DNA of 64,000 bases from an uncultured bacterium (GTDB taxonomy: Bacteria > Methylomirabilota > Methylomirabilia > Methylomirabilales > 2-02-FULL-66-22). This document shows positions 39,365 through 49,436 of the stretch, piece after piece. The translations under genes and the position numbers were made by a program. The notes beneath the pieces were generated by a model. It did not search any database and was not told the origin of the DNA. It was given only the letters and a program-made list of their open reading frames with translations. The stretch spans positions 243 through 64,242 of the forward strand of contig CAZNWB010000001.1 of assembly GCA_964576535.1 (NCBI GenBank), written 5' to 3'. Position 1 is the stretch's first letter. Each line of letters opens with the position of its first letter.

Positions 39365-40543
39365 TCAAATCCGTTCCACCGCCATGGCGAGACCCTCTCC
39401 TCCCCCCAGGCAGAGGGTGGCCACGCCGCGCCGGGCGCCCCGATCGGCCATGGCATAGAGCAGGGTGACCAGCAGGCGCGCCCCCGTCGCCCCGATGGGG
39501 TGCCCCAGGGCCACGACGCCGCCGTTCACGTTCACCCGTTCCGGGTCCAGTCCCAGCTCCTGAATGGCCGCCATGGCCACTACGGAGAAGGCCTCGTTGA
39601 CCTCGTACAGGTCCACGCTGTCTGCGGACCAGCCGGTCTTCTTGAGCACCTTCCGCACGGCCTCGATGGGCGCCACCGTGAACCACTCCGGCGCAGTCGC
39701 CGCGCCCGCAAACCCGACGATCCGGGCCAGGGGGGTGAGGCCGAGCGCCTCGGCTCGACGGGCCGAGGCGACGACCAGCGCCGCCGCCCCGTCATTGACC
39801 GAGGGCGAATTGGCCGCGGTCACCGTCCCGCCCTCCTTGAAGGCCGGCTTGAGCCGCCGCATCTTGGTGAGATCGCCCCGCTTCGGCTCCTCGTCCTCGG
39901 CCACCGTCGCGACCTCGCCCTTGCGAGCCGGGACAGGCACCGGCACGATCTCGGCCGAAAACCTCCCGGCGGCCTGGGCCGCCAGGGCGCGGGTGTAGCT
40001 CCGTGCAGCGTAGTCGTCCTGTGCCTCGCGCCTGAAGCGGTACTTCTCGGCGCACAACTCCCCGCAATAGCCCATGGAATACTGGTTGTACACGTCCCAC
40101 AGGCCGTCCAGGATCATGGAGTCAATGAGCTGGGCGTGGCCCATCCGGTATCCGGTGCGGGCCCGATCCAGGAGGTAGGGTGCGCGGCTCATGCTCTCCA
40201 TGCCGCCGACCAGGACCATCTCTGCCTCGCCCACCTGGATGCGGTTGGCGGCCAGGATCGCGGCCATCATCCCGGACCCGCACACCTTGTTTACCGTGAG
40301 GGCCCCGGCCGTCACCGGCACCTTGGCGCCGATGGCCACCTGGCGGGCCGGCGCCTGGCCCAGCCCGGCCGACAGGACGTTGCCGAAGATCGCTTCGTCC
40401 ACCTGCGCGGGCTCCACGCCGCCGCGGCGCAACGCCTCGGCCGCGGCGATGCTGCCGAGTTGCGTGGCCGGAATCGCCGCCAGGCTGCCGCTGAAACTCC
40501 CGATGGGGGTTCTGGCTGCCCCCACAATCAGAACATCTTGCAA
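39365..40543 (-). CDS. acetyl-CoA C-acetyltransferase (true thiolase)
   Basis: The nucleophile context is VNKVCGSG, and the C-terminal catalytic motifs are GHPIGATG and CLGGGEG. The probable start is a TTG at 40543 behind GGAGAG (393 aa). The ATG at 40615 gives an atypical extension. Confidence 0.85.
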   Translation of the reverse strand: MQDVLIVGAARTPIGSFSGSLAAIPATQLGSIAAAEALRRGGVEPAQVDEAIFGNVLSAGLGQAPARQVAIGAKVPVTAGALTVNKVCGSGMMAAILAANRIQVGEAEMVLVGGMESMSRAPYLLDRARTGYRMGHAQLIDSMILDGLWDVYNQYSMGYCGELCAEKYRFRREAQDDYAARSYTRALAAQAAGRFSAEIVPVPVPARKGEVATVAEDEEPKRGDLTKMRRLKPAFKEGGTVTAANSPSVNDGAAALVVASARRAEALGLTPLARIVGFAGAATAPEWFTVAPIEAVRKVLKKTGWSADSVDLYEVNEAFSVVAMAAIQELGLDPERVNVNGGVVALGHPIGATGARLLVTLLYAMADRGARRGVATLCLGGGEGLAMAVERI

Positions 40544-40577
40544 TGCTCTCTCCTCTGCCCGCAGGCTCCCCGGCGCC

Positions 40578-41258
40578 TCAGCTCCCCTGCCCCGCCGCAC
40601 CGAGGTTGCCGTCATTGGATGTGAGGTATGCCGGCCGGTCAGCGCTGATGCCGTCCAGGATCAGGTTGGTCAGGCACTCGATCACGGCATCCAGTGTGTA
40701 GCTCTTCAGATTCCATCGCTTCAGATCCCACACCGCGCAGAGGAACAGGAGGCACACCGCCAGGAGGTGCGGTTCCTTCACGGCAAAGTGCCCGGCTCGA
40801 TTTCCCCGCTCCAGGATCTCCCGGAAGACTCCGACGTAGGTGCGATCCACCTCGAAGAGGGCTTGGAGTCCCTGGCGGCCCAGGGCGTGTGACTCCTGGT
40901 ACAGCAGGACGACGACGTCCTCGCACTCGTCGTAGATCTTGAGGGTCGCCTCCAGCGCCGCCTTGAGCTGCAGGCGGGGATCCTGGATGCCCTGCGTGGC
41001 CGCTAGCATCCTGGCTTCGAACGTCCCGAGGATCCGGCGGTACACCAGGCAGAGGATGTCTTCCTTGGTCTTGATGTAGCTGTACAGGGTGCCGATGCCC
41101 AGGCCGCAGCTCTCGGCGATCTCGCGGACGCTGGTCTGGTGATACCCCTTCTTGGAGAAGAGCTTGATCGCGGCATCGCAGATCTGCGCATGCCGCTTGC
41201 CAACCAACTCCTGGTCTTTGACGATTGTTTCGATCTCTTGGGGCGTGTTTTTTCCCAT
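40578..41258 (-). CDS. TetR family transcriptional regulator
   Basis: The N-terminal HTH is GYHQTSVREIAESCGLGIGTLYSYIKTKEDIL. This is the first gene of the co-directional acyl-CoA catabolic array. Confidence 0.85.
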   Translation of the reverse strand: MGKNTPQEIETIVKDQELVGKRHAQICDAAIKLFSKKGYHQTSVREIAESCGLGIGTLYSYIKTKEDILCLVYRRILGTFEARMLAATQGIQDPRLQLKAALEATLKIYDECEDVVVLLYQESHALGRQGLQALFEVDRTYVGVFREILERGNRAGHFAVKEPHLLAVCLLFLCAVWDLKRWNLKSYTLDAVIECLTNLILDGISADRPAYLTSNDGNLGAAGQGS

Positions 41259-41307
41259 GAGCGTCCCAGGAAGTCTACCCGATCGAGCGTTCGTTCAGGG
41301 TGGAAAA

Positions 41308-41336
41308 ATCCTATAGAATCCGGATAGTTGTGTCAA
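41308..41336 (-). promoter_or_regulatory. candidate sigma70-type promoter of the TetR-headed operon
   Basis: On the minus strand: TTGACA (41336-41331), a 17-nt spacer, then TAGGAT (41313-41308), about 50 nt upstream of the ATG at 41258. Confidence 0.4.
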
Positions 41337-41519
41337 GGCAAATCCTGGTCTTCTAAGGTTTTGGATCCGACGGTCGGCGTGCGGATACGCGGCTGAGACG
41401 GGGACGGGAAGCCCGGGCTTCCTACTGGACGGCAGGTGGCGGAGAGGCACCCCTTTGTGACTTCGATCCCTGCGAGGTGGGAGTTCGAGTCCACAAAACA
41501 GATTGTCGGGCCTGCAGGA

Positions 41520-42029
41520 TCAAGCCAGCAAGTTGATATACTCGGGCTGTTCCCGGTTCCTCCTTAACCCGACGTCCTGGCCCAAGGATTTCCCGAGAAG
41601 CCCCTTGGCAATGGGAGCGCTCGGCGTGATTACCCGAACTCTCCCTTGCCCGTCGTCCAGCGGGATCTCCATGCCTCCACAGACCGGCAGGATGAAGTAC
41701 AGGGAGTCCACCGAACCATCCGCGGGACCGATGCCAACGACACATCCAAGGGCAACGTGCTCCGGCGCTTCAGGCATCCGGAGCTCTCGGAGGGTCCGCA
41801 GCCAGAATTCCCGCTCCTGGATGGTCCCGGCCAACGCATTTGCCAGGTACGAGGCCTCGATCCCCGTGACCTCGCGCTTGCTCTTCATCACGTGCGGAGA
41901 GTCCAGGGTCGCCTGCCTGGCCACGGCATACCCCGACCCCAGCCGCCGCAACGTCTCCTCCACCTGCGCAATCACCTGCCGCAGCAACTTCGTCTTGTCA
42001 ACCCGAATCTCGCCCAGGCCACACCTCAT
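41520..42029 (-). CDS. GreA/GreB-family (Rnk-like) transcription factor
   Basis: The C-terminal domain pattern is VITPSAPIAKGLLGKSLGQDVGL, after an N-terminal coiled-coil-like region. Confidence 0.6.
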   Translation of the reverse strand: MRCGLGEIRVDKTKLLRQVIAQVEETLRRLGSGYAVARQATLDSPHVMKSKREVTGIEASYLANALAGTIQEREFWLRTLRELRMPEAPEHVALGCVVGIGPADGSVDSLYFILPVCGGMEIPLDDGQGRVRVITPSAPIAKGLLGKSLGQDVGLRRNREQPEYINLLA

Positions 42030-42086
42030 TCTTATGATCCATCAAGATCCCGCAATCGAGCCACACGCTCCAGCGTTCGCTCCCAT

Positions 42087-42141
42087 ATTCCGCATTCGGG
42101 TACCCCCTGGGTGTTCGGGTACCCCCCGGGTGTTCCGCATT
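42087..42141. repeat. about-45-bp dispersed repeat family, copy 2 (with internal duplication)
   Basis: The sequence is ATTCCGCATTCGGGTACCCCCTGGGTGTTCGGGTACCCCCCGGGTGTTCCGCATT. It lies between the GGDEF gene stop and the GreA-like start. Confidence 0.8.
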
Positions 42142-43396
42142 ACGTTACCACCCGATTCCGCCCGGCGTCCTTGGCACGGTACAGGGCCTGGTCCGCCGCC
42201 TTGACGACCTGATCCGGCTTCCGCTTGCGTTCCTCCCGCTCAGCCACGCCGATGCTCACCGTCACCAGCACGGCCTTTGGAGGGCCACTCTGTGCTTTAG
42301 GGGTGTCGGGCTTCTTCTCGGGCCGGTCCGCCCCGCGGAGAACAAAACAGGATGCCTGCACTTCCCTGCGCAGGCTGTCGAGATGCGGCATCACATCCTT
42401 GGCGGACTGACCCGGAAACACCACGGCAAACTCCTCGCCCCCATAGCGGAACGCCTTTCCCCCGCCGGCCACCCGCTCGAGTTTCGAAGCAACCATCCGG
42501 AGGACCTGATCGCCCACGTCGTGACCGTACCGGTCGTTGAATTGCTTGAAGTGATCAACGTCCACCATCCCCACCGCGTACTGGCTGCCCAGTGTGAGGA
42601 GTTCCTCGTTCAGCGCCCGCCGCCCGGGCAGTCCCGTCAATTCGTCATAATACGCCATTCGGTAGGAGGTTTCGATCAATGCCACCACAAGGATGAGCCC
42701 GGCGGTTGCCAGGAAGGAGGTTCCGTCCCACCCGGCGCGGATGGTTTGCAGTGCTGTGAAGGCCGCGACCAGCGCCCACGCAAACCCCTTTCCGATTGCG
42801 TCCCGATGCAGGAAGAAACGGGCCACAAGGAGAATGGCCCCCCCACCAAAGGCCACCAACCCCGCCTGCGAGATCGGAGTCCACGCGACGAGATTCACAC
42901 CAACGAACTGGTATTGCAGCATGGCCGCCAGCTCACGCGGCCTGAAAAAAGATAGCACCCCAAGGACACACACCTGCCCGAAGATCGGAATCAGGCGCTC
43001 CAGGCCCCGGGTGGTGAAGAGGCTGCGCTCGGACAGAAGCGCGTATGCTGCCAGATTCGCCGGCAACAGCAGCGCGACGGCGTGAAAGACGATTCGACCG
43101 ATGTCGCCCCCTGGTGCCGGGTCCTGGGGAAAGAGCACCAATGCCCTGTCGGCCAGCGCCAGGATGAGCAGGGCGTACACCACTCGACTGCGGTTGAAGT
43201 ACCAACCCAGAATCACTCCCAGCGTTGCGGCCGCATAGGGATACGCCCGGAGGAACGGCAGGGCCGAGTCAGGCAACACCCCCGGCCGCAGACAGACCAG
43301 GGCCGCGACCCATACGAGGCCCCCCGGAACCACAAAGTCGTACAGCCGTCTCATAAGAGAGACTCTGGCAGACGCATTACGTTTTCCCAAACACAT
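42140..43396 (-). CDS. membrane-anchored diguanylate cyclase (GGDEF)
   Basis: The polytopic N-terminal half is followed by a GGDEF domain with an intact RYGGEEFAVVF motif. The start is uncertain: an ATG at 43396 or at 43354. Confidence 0.8.
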   Translation of the reverse strand: MCLGKRNASARVSLMRRLYDFVVPGGLVWVAALVCLRPGVLPDSALPFLRAYPYAAATLGVILGWYFNRSRVVYALLILALADRALVLFPQDPAPGGDIGRIVFHAVALLLPANLAAYALLSERSLFTTRGLERLIPIFGQVCVLGVLSFFRPRELAAMLQYQFVGVNLVAWTPISQAGLVAFGGGAILLVARFFLHRDAIGKGFAWALVAAFTALQTIRAGWDGTSFLATAGLILVVALIETSYRMAYYDELTGLPGRRALNEELLTLGSQYAVGMVDVDHFKQFNDRYGHDVGDQVLRMVASKLERVAGGGKAFRYGGEEFAVVFPGQSAKDVMPHLDSLRREVQASCFVLRGADRPEKKPDTPKAQSGPPKAVLVTVSIGVAEREERKRKPDQVVKAADQALYRAKDAGRNRVVT

Positions 43397-43586
43397 TTCT
43401 GCCTGAGGAGAAGGGCGGCGAAGAGCGGCAGGGGGAAACGAAAGGCGGGCTGCGGCGCCCGGGCGCCGCCAGGTTCAGTGCGAATCCGGGCATCGGAGAG
43501 CATGGATCAGCCACGTTCCGGTTCCGGTGTCTCTCTGATCCGGTTCTCGAGCCGGCTGCGATGCGCGTGGGGATCCCCTGTGATTC

Positions 43587-44021
43587 CTATCGGCCTCCGG
43601 TGATGTAGTTCTCGAGTTGCTTGATCAGGAAATCCTTTTCTTCAATCGTCGCCTTGACGAGATCCCCGATGGAAATCACGCCGACGACTTTGTCGCCCTC
43701 CATCACCGGCAGGTGCCGGATATGTTTGTCCGTCATCAGCGCCATGCATTCTTCAACAGTCTGCGCCGGGCGAATGAAGAATACCTTCGCGGTCATGATC
43801 TCCCGGACGGAGGTATCCAAGGATGATTTCCCCTTCAGAATGACCTTCCTGGCGTAATCGCGCTCCGACATGATGCCGACCAGCTTTCCGCCATCCAGCA
43901 CCAGTAACGCTCCGACCTCTTTCTCGGCCATGAGCTTCAGGGCGTCAATGACCATCGTGTCCGGACCCACGGACCACAACCGCTGCCCCTTCTCTTTCAA
44001 GATATGCCTGACGATTTTCAT
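43587..44021 (-). CDS. CBS-pair domain protein
   Basis: The start is an ATG at 44021 (MKIVRHILKEKG...). Two CBS repeats are present (VGALLVLDGGKLVGIMSERD / HLPVMEGDKVVGVISIGD). Confidence 0.8.
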   Translation of the reverse strand: MKIVRHILKEKGQRLWSVGPDTMVIDALKLMAEKEVGALLVLDGGKLVGIMSERDYARKVILKGKSSLDTSVREIMTAKVFFIRPAQTVEECMALMTDKHIRHLPVMEGDKVVGVISIGDLVKATIEEKDFLIKQLENYITGGR

Positions 44022-44177
44022 GGCTGCCCCCGATGTCCCCGCGCTGTCACCCCGTGGATGCCTGGCGCACGAACGGCCCACCTGGGGTGCCGCCCGGCAT
44101 GGATTTCGTGGCCAGAAGGCTATCGAAACCCCGCTCGACTGTCAAGAAAAAGGCCTGAGCGGGCAGGGGCCAGGAGG

Positions 44178-45812
44178 TCAGTCCGCCTTCTTGGCCTGCT
44201 CCCGGAGCACGTACTTCTGAATTTTCCCGGTGGCGGTCTTCGGCAGGGGCCCGAAGACGATGCGCTTGGGCACCTTGAAGCGCGCCAGGTTCTCCCGGCA
44301 CCACTGGATGAGGTCGTCCGATGTGGCGGGCCCGGCGTCCGGCTTGAGGGTCACGAAGGCGCACGGGGTCTCGCCCCACGTGTCGTCGGGCCGGGCCACG
44401 ACCGCCGCCTCCATCACGGCCGGATGGCGGTACAGCATCTCCTCCACCTCGATGGAGGAGATGTTCTCGCCCCCCGAGATGATGACGTCTTTGGAGCGGT
44501 CCTTCACCTCCATGTAACCGTCGGGGTGCCGGACGGCCAGATCGCCCGTCCGGAACCAGCCCCCGCGGAAGGCCTCTTCCGTCGCCTTGCGGTTCTTGAG
44601 GTACCCCTTCATCACGGTGTTGCCTCGCAGCATGACCTCGCCCATGGTCCGGGCGTCCCCGGGCACGGGAGTCAGCGTCTGCGGATCCGCCACTATCATG
44701 TCTTCCAGGGTGGGGTACCGAACCCCTTGCCGGGCCATGCGGGCCGCCCGTTCCTGCTGTCCGAGTCCATCCCAGTCCGCCTGCCAGGCACACACCGTGG
44801 CCGGTCCATAGGATTCCGTCAGCCCGTACAGATGCGTGACGCGGAAACCCATGGACTCCATCGCCGTGATCACCGCCGACGGGGGAGCGGCCCCGCCCGT
44901 CGCCACCTCGACGGTGCGCTCGAGCCGTCGCCTCACCTCGGCCGGGGCGTGGATCAGCATCGACAGGACGATCGGCGCGCCGCACATGTGGGTGACGCCA
45001 TGCTGCTCGATGGCGGGAAAGATCAGCGTGGGATCCGCCCGCCGCAGGCACACGTGGGTCGCGCCCACGGCCGTGACCGCCCAGGTATAGGTCCACCCGT
45101 TGCAGTGGAACATGGGCAGCGTCCACAGATAGACGGCTCGCGGAGAAAGGCCGAAGGTCAGGGCGTTTCCCAGGGCGTTCAGGTAGGCGCCGCGGTGACT
45201 GCCGACGACCCCCTTGGGATTTCCCGTCGTGCCCGAGGTGTAGAGCAGATAGATGGCCTGCCACTCGTCCGCGGGTCGCGGCCAGTCGAATTCGGCATCG
45301 CCCTCCTGGAGAAAGGCCTCATAGTCCTTCTCGCCCAGGAGCGTCCGGCCCCTGTCACCCGGGTAGAGCGGGTCGTCGATGTCGATGACCGGGATCTTCC
45401 GGGGAACCAGGGTCAAAGCCTCCCGGATTGTGTCGGAGAACTCCGTGTCGGTGAGGAGAAGCTTGGCCTCTGCGTGCTCCAGGATGAAGGCGATTGACTT
45501 GGCGTCCAACCGGTAGTTGAGCGCGTTGAGGACGGCCCCCGCCATGGGCACACCGTAATGGGCCTCGAGCATCGCCGGGACGTTGGGGGCCATGATCGTC
45601 ACCGTGTCGCCCACGCCGATCCCGCGCCGCGTGAGGGCCGAGGCCAGTCGCCGGCAGCGCGCGAAGAACTCGGCATAGGTGAACGTCCGCTCCCCGTGGA
45701 TGACTGCGGGCTTGTTCGGGTAGACGGCGGCCGACCGCGCCAGGAAGGACACGGGGGTCAAGGGGGCGTAGTTGGCCGGTCCCCGGCCCAGATCCATCTC
45801 ATAGGGATTCAT
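44178..45812 (-). CDS. AMP-forming acyl-CoA synthetase (medium-chain type)
   Basis: The motifs LLYTSGTTGNPKGV, LYGLTESYG and GWFRTGDLA are present, and the size is 544 aa. Confidence 0.85.
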   Translation of the reverse strand: MNPYEMDLGRGPANYAPLTPVSFLARSAAVYPNKPAVIHGERTFTYAEFFARCRRLASALTRRGIGVGDTVTIMAPNVPAMLEAHYGVPMAGAVLNALNYRLDAKSIAFILEHAEAKLLLTDTEFSDTIREALTLVPRKIPVIDIDDPLYPGDRGRTLLGEKDYEAFLQEGDAEFDWPRPADEWQAIYLLYTSGTTGNPKGVVGSHRGAYLNALGNALTFGLSPRAVYLWTLPMFHCNGWTYTWAVTAVGATHVCLRRADPTLIFPAIEQHGVTHMCGAPIVLSMLIHAPAEVRRRLERTVEVATGGAAPPSAVITAMESMGFRVTHLYGLTESYGPATVCAWQADWDGLGQQERAARMARQGVRYPTLEDMIVADPQTLTPVPGDARTMGEVMLRGNTVMKGYLKNRKATEEAFRGGWFRTGDLAVRHPDGYMEVKDRSKDVIISGGENISSIEVEEMLYRHPAVMEAAVVARPDDTWGETPCAFVTLKPDAGPATSDDLIQWCRENLARFKVPKRIVFGPLPKTATGKIQKYVLREQAKKAD

Positions 45813-45849
45813 TGTAGGAAACCCTCACCACCAAGACACCATGGCGGCG

Positions 45850-45924
45850 GCTAGCAATCAGGCAATCCGGCAATCAGGGGTTCCGAGTTTCCCGATTGCC
45901 AGGTTGCCCAGTTGCCAGATTGCC
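45850..45924. repeat. GGCAAT/ATTGCC-unit hairpin repeat, copy 1
   Basis: The sequence is GCTAGCAATCAGGCAATCCGGCAATCAGGGGTTCCGAGTTTCCCGATTGCCAGGTTGCCCAGTTGCCAGATTGCC. It shares the loop CAGGGGTTCCRAGTT with the copy at 50236. Confidence 0.8.
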
Positions 45925-45933
45925 TCCCCGCTC

Positions 45934-48900
45934 TTACCCACCCAACCTCCGGACTTCCTCGCGGAACCGCTCCACGCTTCGCAGCTTGACCTCCTCGTAC
46001 CCGCGGATCAGGTCGGGCAGGTTGGCCAGGGTGACCGCCCGCTCGTAGCTCTCGCGCGAGAGGCCGACCAGCGCCTTCTCGATGAGGGCCCGGTACTCGC
46101 CGATCAGCGCCCGCTCGAGGCGCCGCACCCGGGTGTGCCCAAAGACGTCGAGGGGAGTCCCCCGCAGTCCCCGCAAGGCCACCAGCATCCCGAAGACCCC
46201 CGTGATCCATCGGCCGAACCTGAGCTTCTTCTTCAGACCCAGGCCGCGCAGCAGGGGTGGGTGGAGGTGGTACTCCACCCGGACTCCGCCGGGGTAACGC
46301 CGGGTCAGCTCACGCGTTAATCCGTCCGCGAGGTGCAGGCGGGCAACCTCGTACTCGTCCTTGTATGCCATCAGCTTGAAGAGGTGGCAGGCGACCCCTA
46401 CGGCCAGGCGGTCCTCGCCGGGCACCGCCGCCTGCTCCGCCTCCCGGACCTTCCTGACGAAGTCCACATACTCGCGTGCATAGGCCACGTTCTGAAAGGC
46501 GATCAGCTCCGGCACCCAGATCTCGAGGCGGCGCTTGAGCTCGCCGCCCGCCCCCACGCTCTCCACCAGGGCACGGGCCTGGGCCGAAGGCGCCGGGGAG
46601 GCCTCGACGGCTCCCAGCCGAGGTCGCGTGAGGCTGCCCGCCCAGGCGGGGTCGATCACGGCTAGACGGCCTGCACGGAACGCCTGGACGTTCACCTCCA
46701 CCGACACCCCGTTGAATGCGATGGCGTCTTCAATTGCCTTGGCACTGACGGGGATGGCGCCGGCCTGGTACGCGGCCCCGAGGAGAAGCAGGTTGGCAAC
46801 CATGTGGTCGTCGAAGAGGGTCTCGGCCATCTCGACGGCGTCGAGGTACACGTTCTCATCCTTCCGGGTGTATCGGGTGACCGATGCCACGAGTTCCCTC
46901 GCATCAGGGAAGTGGATCTCGGTGGAGGCGATCATGGCCCCGGTCGGCACGCGGCTCGTGGACACGATGGCGATGGTCTTGTCGGGCCGGGCACAGCTCA
47001 GATTCTGCGGCGCGGTCCCCGCGAGCAGGTCGAAGACCAGGTAGCCATCCGCCTCGCCGGCCGCGGTCTTGTTGGAGACGTCCTCGGGCCGGTCCATGAT
47101 CTTGAGGTGCGAGACGACGGGTCCACCCTTCTGGCTGAGGCCGGTCTGGTCGAGGCCGCGCACGACCCGGCCGTCCAGCAGCGCCGCCGTCCCGAGGATT
47201 TGGTTCACGGTCACGACGCCGGTCCCGCCGATTCCCATCATGACGAGCCCGCACTCCCGCGGGACCGCAAGGGAAGGCTCCGGCAGCTCGCGCTCGAGGC
47301 GAAACGCCTTGTCCTCCCTCCGCTCCCCGGCCGCACGGGGGGTCACAGTGACGAAGGCCGGGCAGTCGCCGTCCAGGCACGAATAGTCCTTGTTGCACGA
47401 CCCCTGGTGGACCTGGGTCTTGCGCCCGAACTCCGTCTCCACCGGGTGGACGGACAGGCAGTTGCTCTTGACCCCGCAGTCCCCGCACCCCTCGCACACC
47501 GCCTCGTTGATGACGACCCGCATCGGCGGGTCCGGGAGGTTTCCGCGCTTCCGCAGCCGGCGCTTCTCCGCCGCGCATCGCTGGTCATGGATGAGGGCCG
47601 TGACGCCGGGCGTCTCCCGCAGCACGCGCTGGGCCTCCTCCAGCCGGTCGCGGTGCCAGACCTCGACTCCGGGCGCCCACCGGGCGCCCCGGGGATACTT
47701 CGCGGGCTCATCCGTGGTCACGATCACGCGCCCGACACCCTCGGCCTCGAGCAGATGCGTGAGTCCGGGGACCGTCATCCCGCCGGCCGGCTGCTGCCCG
47801 CCCGTCATCGCCACCGCCGAGTTGTACAGGACCTTGAACGTGATGTTCGCGCCGGCGGCCACGGCCTGTCGGATAGCCAGGGATCCGGAGTGGAAGAGGG
47901 TCCCGTCGCCGAGGTTCTGGAACATGTGGGGGATCTCGGTAAAGGGCGCCATGCCGACCCACTGCGCCCCCTCGCCGCCCATCTGGGTGACGCCCACCGT
48001 CGTGGGCCGGGTTCCCAGGGCCAGCGTATGACACCCGATGCCGCCACCCGCGTAGGACTCCTCCGGCACCACCGTGGAGCGGTTGTGCGGGCAGCCCGAG
48101 CAGAAATAGGGCTGCCGCTGAAGGCTGACCGGCGCCGGCCGGTCTCCCACCTCTTCCAGCAGCGCAACCCGTGCCCGGATGGTTTCCAACGGCACGCGTC
48201 GCGTGAGGCGCGAGGCCACCAGTCTCGCAATCCGGTCGGCATCCAGGTCACCCGTGGACGGCACGAGGGGCTGGCCCAACTCGTCCTGTTTGCCGACGAG
48301 GCGCGGCCGCTCCCCCTGGTTATAGAGGATCTGGCCGATGAAGAGCTCGAGGAAGGCCCGCTTCTCCTCGATGACCAAGACCTCCTCCAGGCCCTTCGCG
48401 AACTCCCGGATGATCTCCGGCTCCATCGGATAGAGCATCCCCACCTTGAGGAGGCGGATACCAGCGCGCCGTAACGCATCGTCGTCGAGCCCCAGGTGGC
48501 GGAGCGCCTCCCGCAGGTCGTGATAGGTCTTCCCCGCCGCCGCGATGCCCAGCCAGGCCCCAGGCGTCGGCACGGAGATGCGGTTCAGCCGGTTCACGGC
48601 CGCGAAGGCCTTGGCCGCCTCCAATCGCCCGGTGTGCAGTTCCCGCTCCAGCTCCAGGCTCCAGGGCGGGAGGAGCATCGGGCTCTGCGTCGGCCGCCAT
48701 GGGCGCCCTCCCCAGGTGAAGCCCGGGTTCACAACCGGGATGCGGTCTGGCGTCACGTCGGCCGTGCCGATCTCGTCCGCCACGTTCGTCACGACCTTGA
48801 ATCCCACCCAGAGGCCGGAGTAGCGCGACAGCTCAAAGCCAAGCCGCCCGAGGTCCAGGATTTCCTGAACGCTTCCGGGAAAGAGCACCGGGAAGAAGGC

Positions 48901-49398
48901 GTCGTAGAACGCGACCGTCGAGTCGCTGGGCAGCGTCGAGGACTTGCACGCGGGGTCGTCGCCCCCCAGGGCCAGCACCCCGCCGTGGCGGCCGGCCCCC
49001 GCATAGTTGGCATGCTTGAAGGCATCACCCGTCCGGTCCACCCCGGGGCCCTTGCCGTACCACATCCCCAGGACGCCGTCGTATTTGCTCCGGGGCAGCA
49101 GATTCACCAGCTGGCTGCCGAAGACCGCCGTCGCCCCCTGCTCTTCGTTCACGGTGGGGAGAGAGACGATGTGGTGCGCGCGGAGGAGATCGCGATTGCG
49201 CTCCAGCGTGATGTCGAGCCCGCCAAGGGGGGAGCCGCGGTACCCCGCGATGAGCGTCGCAGTGTGCAGGCCCCTGCGCCGATCGGCCCGGTGCTGGTCC
49301 AGCGGCAGGCGGACCAGCGCCTGGATCCCGGAGAGGAAGATGCGCCCTTCCTCCCGGTGGTATTTCTCATCCAAGGTGAAGTCCCGGTTCCTCGCCAT
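45934..49398 (-). CDS. indolepyruvate:ferredoxin oxidoreductase family protein (fused alpha/beta, about 1155 aa)
   Basis: The start is an ATG at 49398 (MARNRDFTLDEKYHREEGRIFLSGIQALVRL). The TPP motif is NLGDGTLFHSG and the ferredoxin motif is CEGCGDCGVKSNC. The upstream 159 codons of the track ORF overlap the SDR gene and are not credible. Confidence 0.85.
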   Translation of the reverse strand: MARNRDFTLDEKYHREEGRIFLSGIQALVRLPLDQHRADRRRGLHTATLIAGYRGSPLGGLDITLERNRDLLRAHHIVSLPTVNEEQGATAVFGSQLVNLLPRSKYDGVLGMWYGKGPGVDRTGDAFKHANYAGAGRHGGVLALGGDDPACKSSTLPSDSTVAFYDAFFPVLFPGSVQEILDLGRLGFELSRYSGLWVGFKVVTNVADEIGTADVTPDRIPVVNPGFTWGGRPWRPTQSPMLLPPWSLELERELHTGRLEAAKAFAAVNRLNRISVPTPGAWLGIAAAGKTYHDLREALRHLGLDDDALRRAGIRLLKVGMLYPMEPEIIREFAKGLEEVLVIEEKRAFLELFIGQILYNQGERPRLVGKQDELGQPLVPSTGDLDADRIARLVASRLTRRVPLETIRARVALLEEVGDRPAPVSLQRQPYFCSGCPHNRSTVVPEESYAGGGIGCHTLALGTRPTTVGVTQMGGEGAQWVGMAPFTEIPHMFQNLGDGTLFHSGSLAIRQAVAAGANITFKVLYNSAVAMTGGQQPAGGMTVPGLTHLLEAEGVGRVIVTTDEPAKYPRGARWAPGVEVWHRDRLEEAQRVLRETPGVTALIHDQRCAAEKRRLRKRGNLPDPPMRVVINEAVCEGCGDCGVKSNCLSVHPVETEFGRKTQVHQGSCNKDYSCLDGDCPAFVTVTPRAAGERREDKAFRLERELPEPSLAVPRECGLVMMGIGGTGVVTVNQILGTAALLDGRVVRGLDQTGLSQKGGPVVSHLKIMDRPEDVSNKTAAGEADGYLVFDLLAGTAPQNLSCARPDKTIAIVSTSRVPTGAMIASTEIHFPDARELVASVTRYTRKDENVYLDAVEMAETLFDDHMVANLLLLGAAYQAGAIPVSAKAIEDAIAFNGVSVEVNVQAFRAGRLAVIDPAWAGSLTRPRLGAVEASPAPSAQARALVESVGAGGELKRRLEIWVPELIAFQNVAYAREYVDFVRKVREAEQAAVPGEDRLAVGVACHLFKLMAYKDEYEVARLHLADGLTRELTRRYPGGVRVEYHLHPPLLRGLGLKKKLRFGRWITGVFGMLVALRGLRGTPLDVFGHTRVRRLERALIGEYRALIEKALVGLSRESYERAVTLANLPDLIRGYEEVKLRSVERFREEVRRLGG

Positions 49399-49436
49399 TC
49401 GCCCATCCGCATCGGCCCCGAGAGCCGCGGAGCATC

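Noticed and set aside
41440-41500. A tRNA-like T-arm string (GGTGGGAGTTCGAGTCCAC) downstream of the GreA-like gene, which could be a tRNA or an integrase att remnant.
   Set aside because: With TTCGAGT as the T-loop, the flanking bases do not pair (GGGAG versus CCACA). No acceptor stem or anticodon arm can be built on either strand, and no integrase is nearby.
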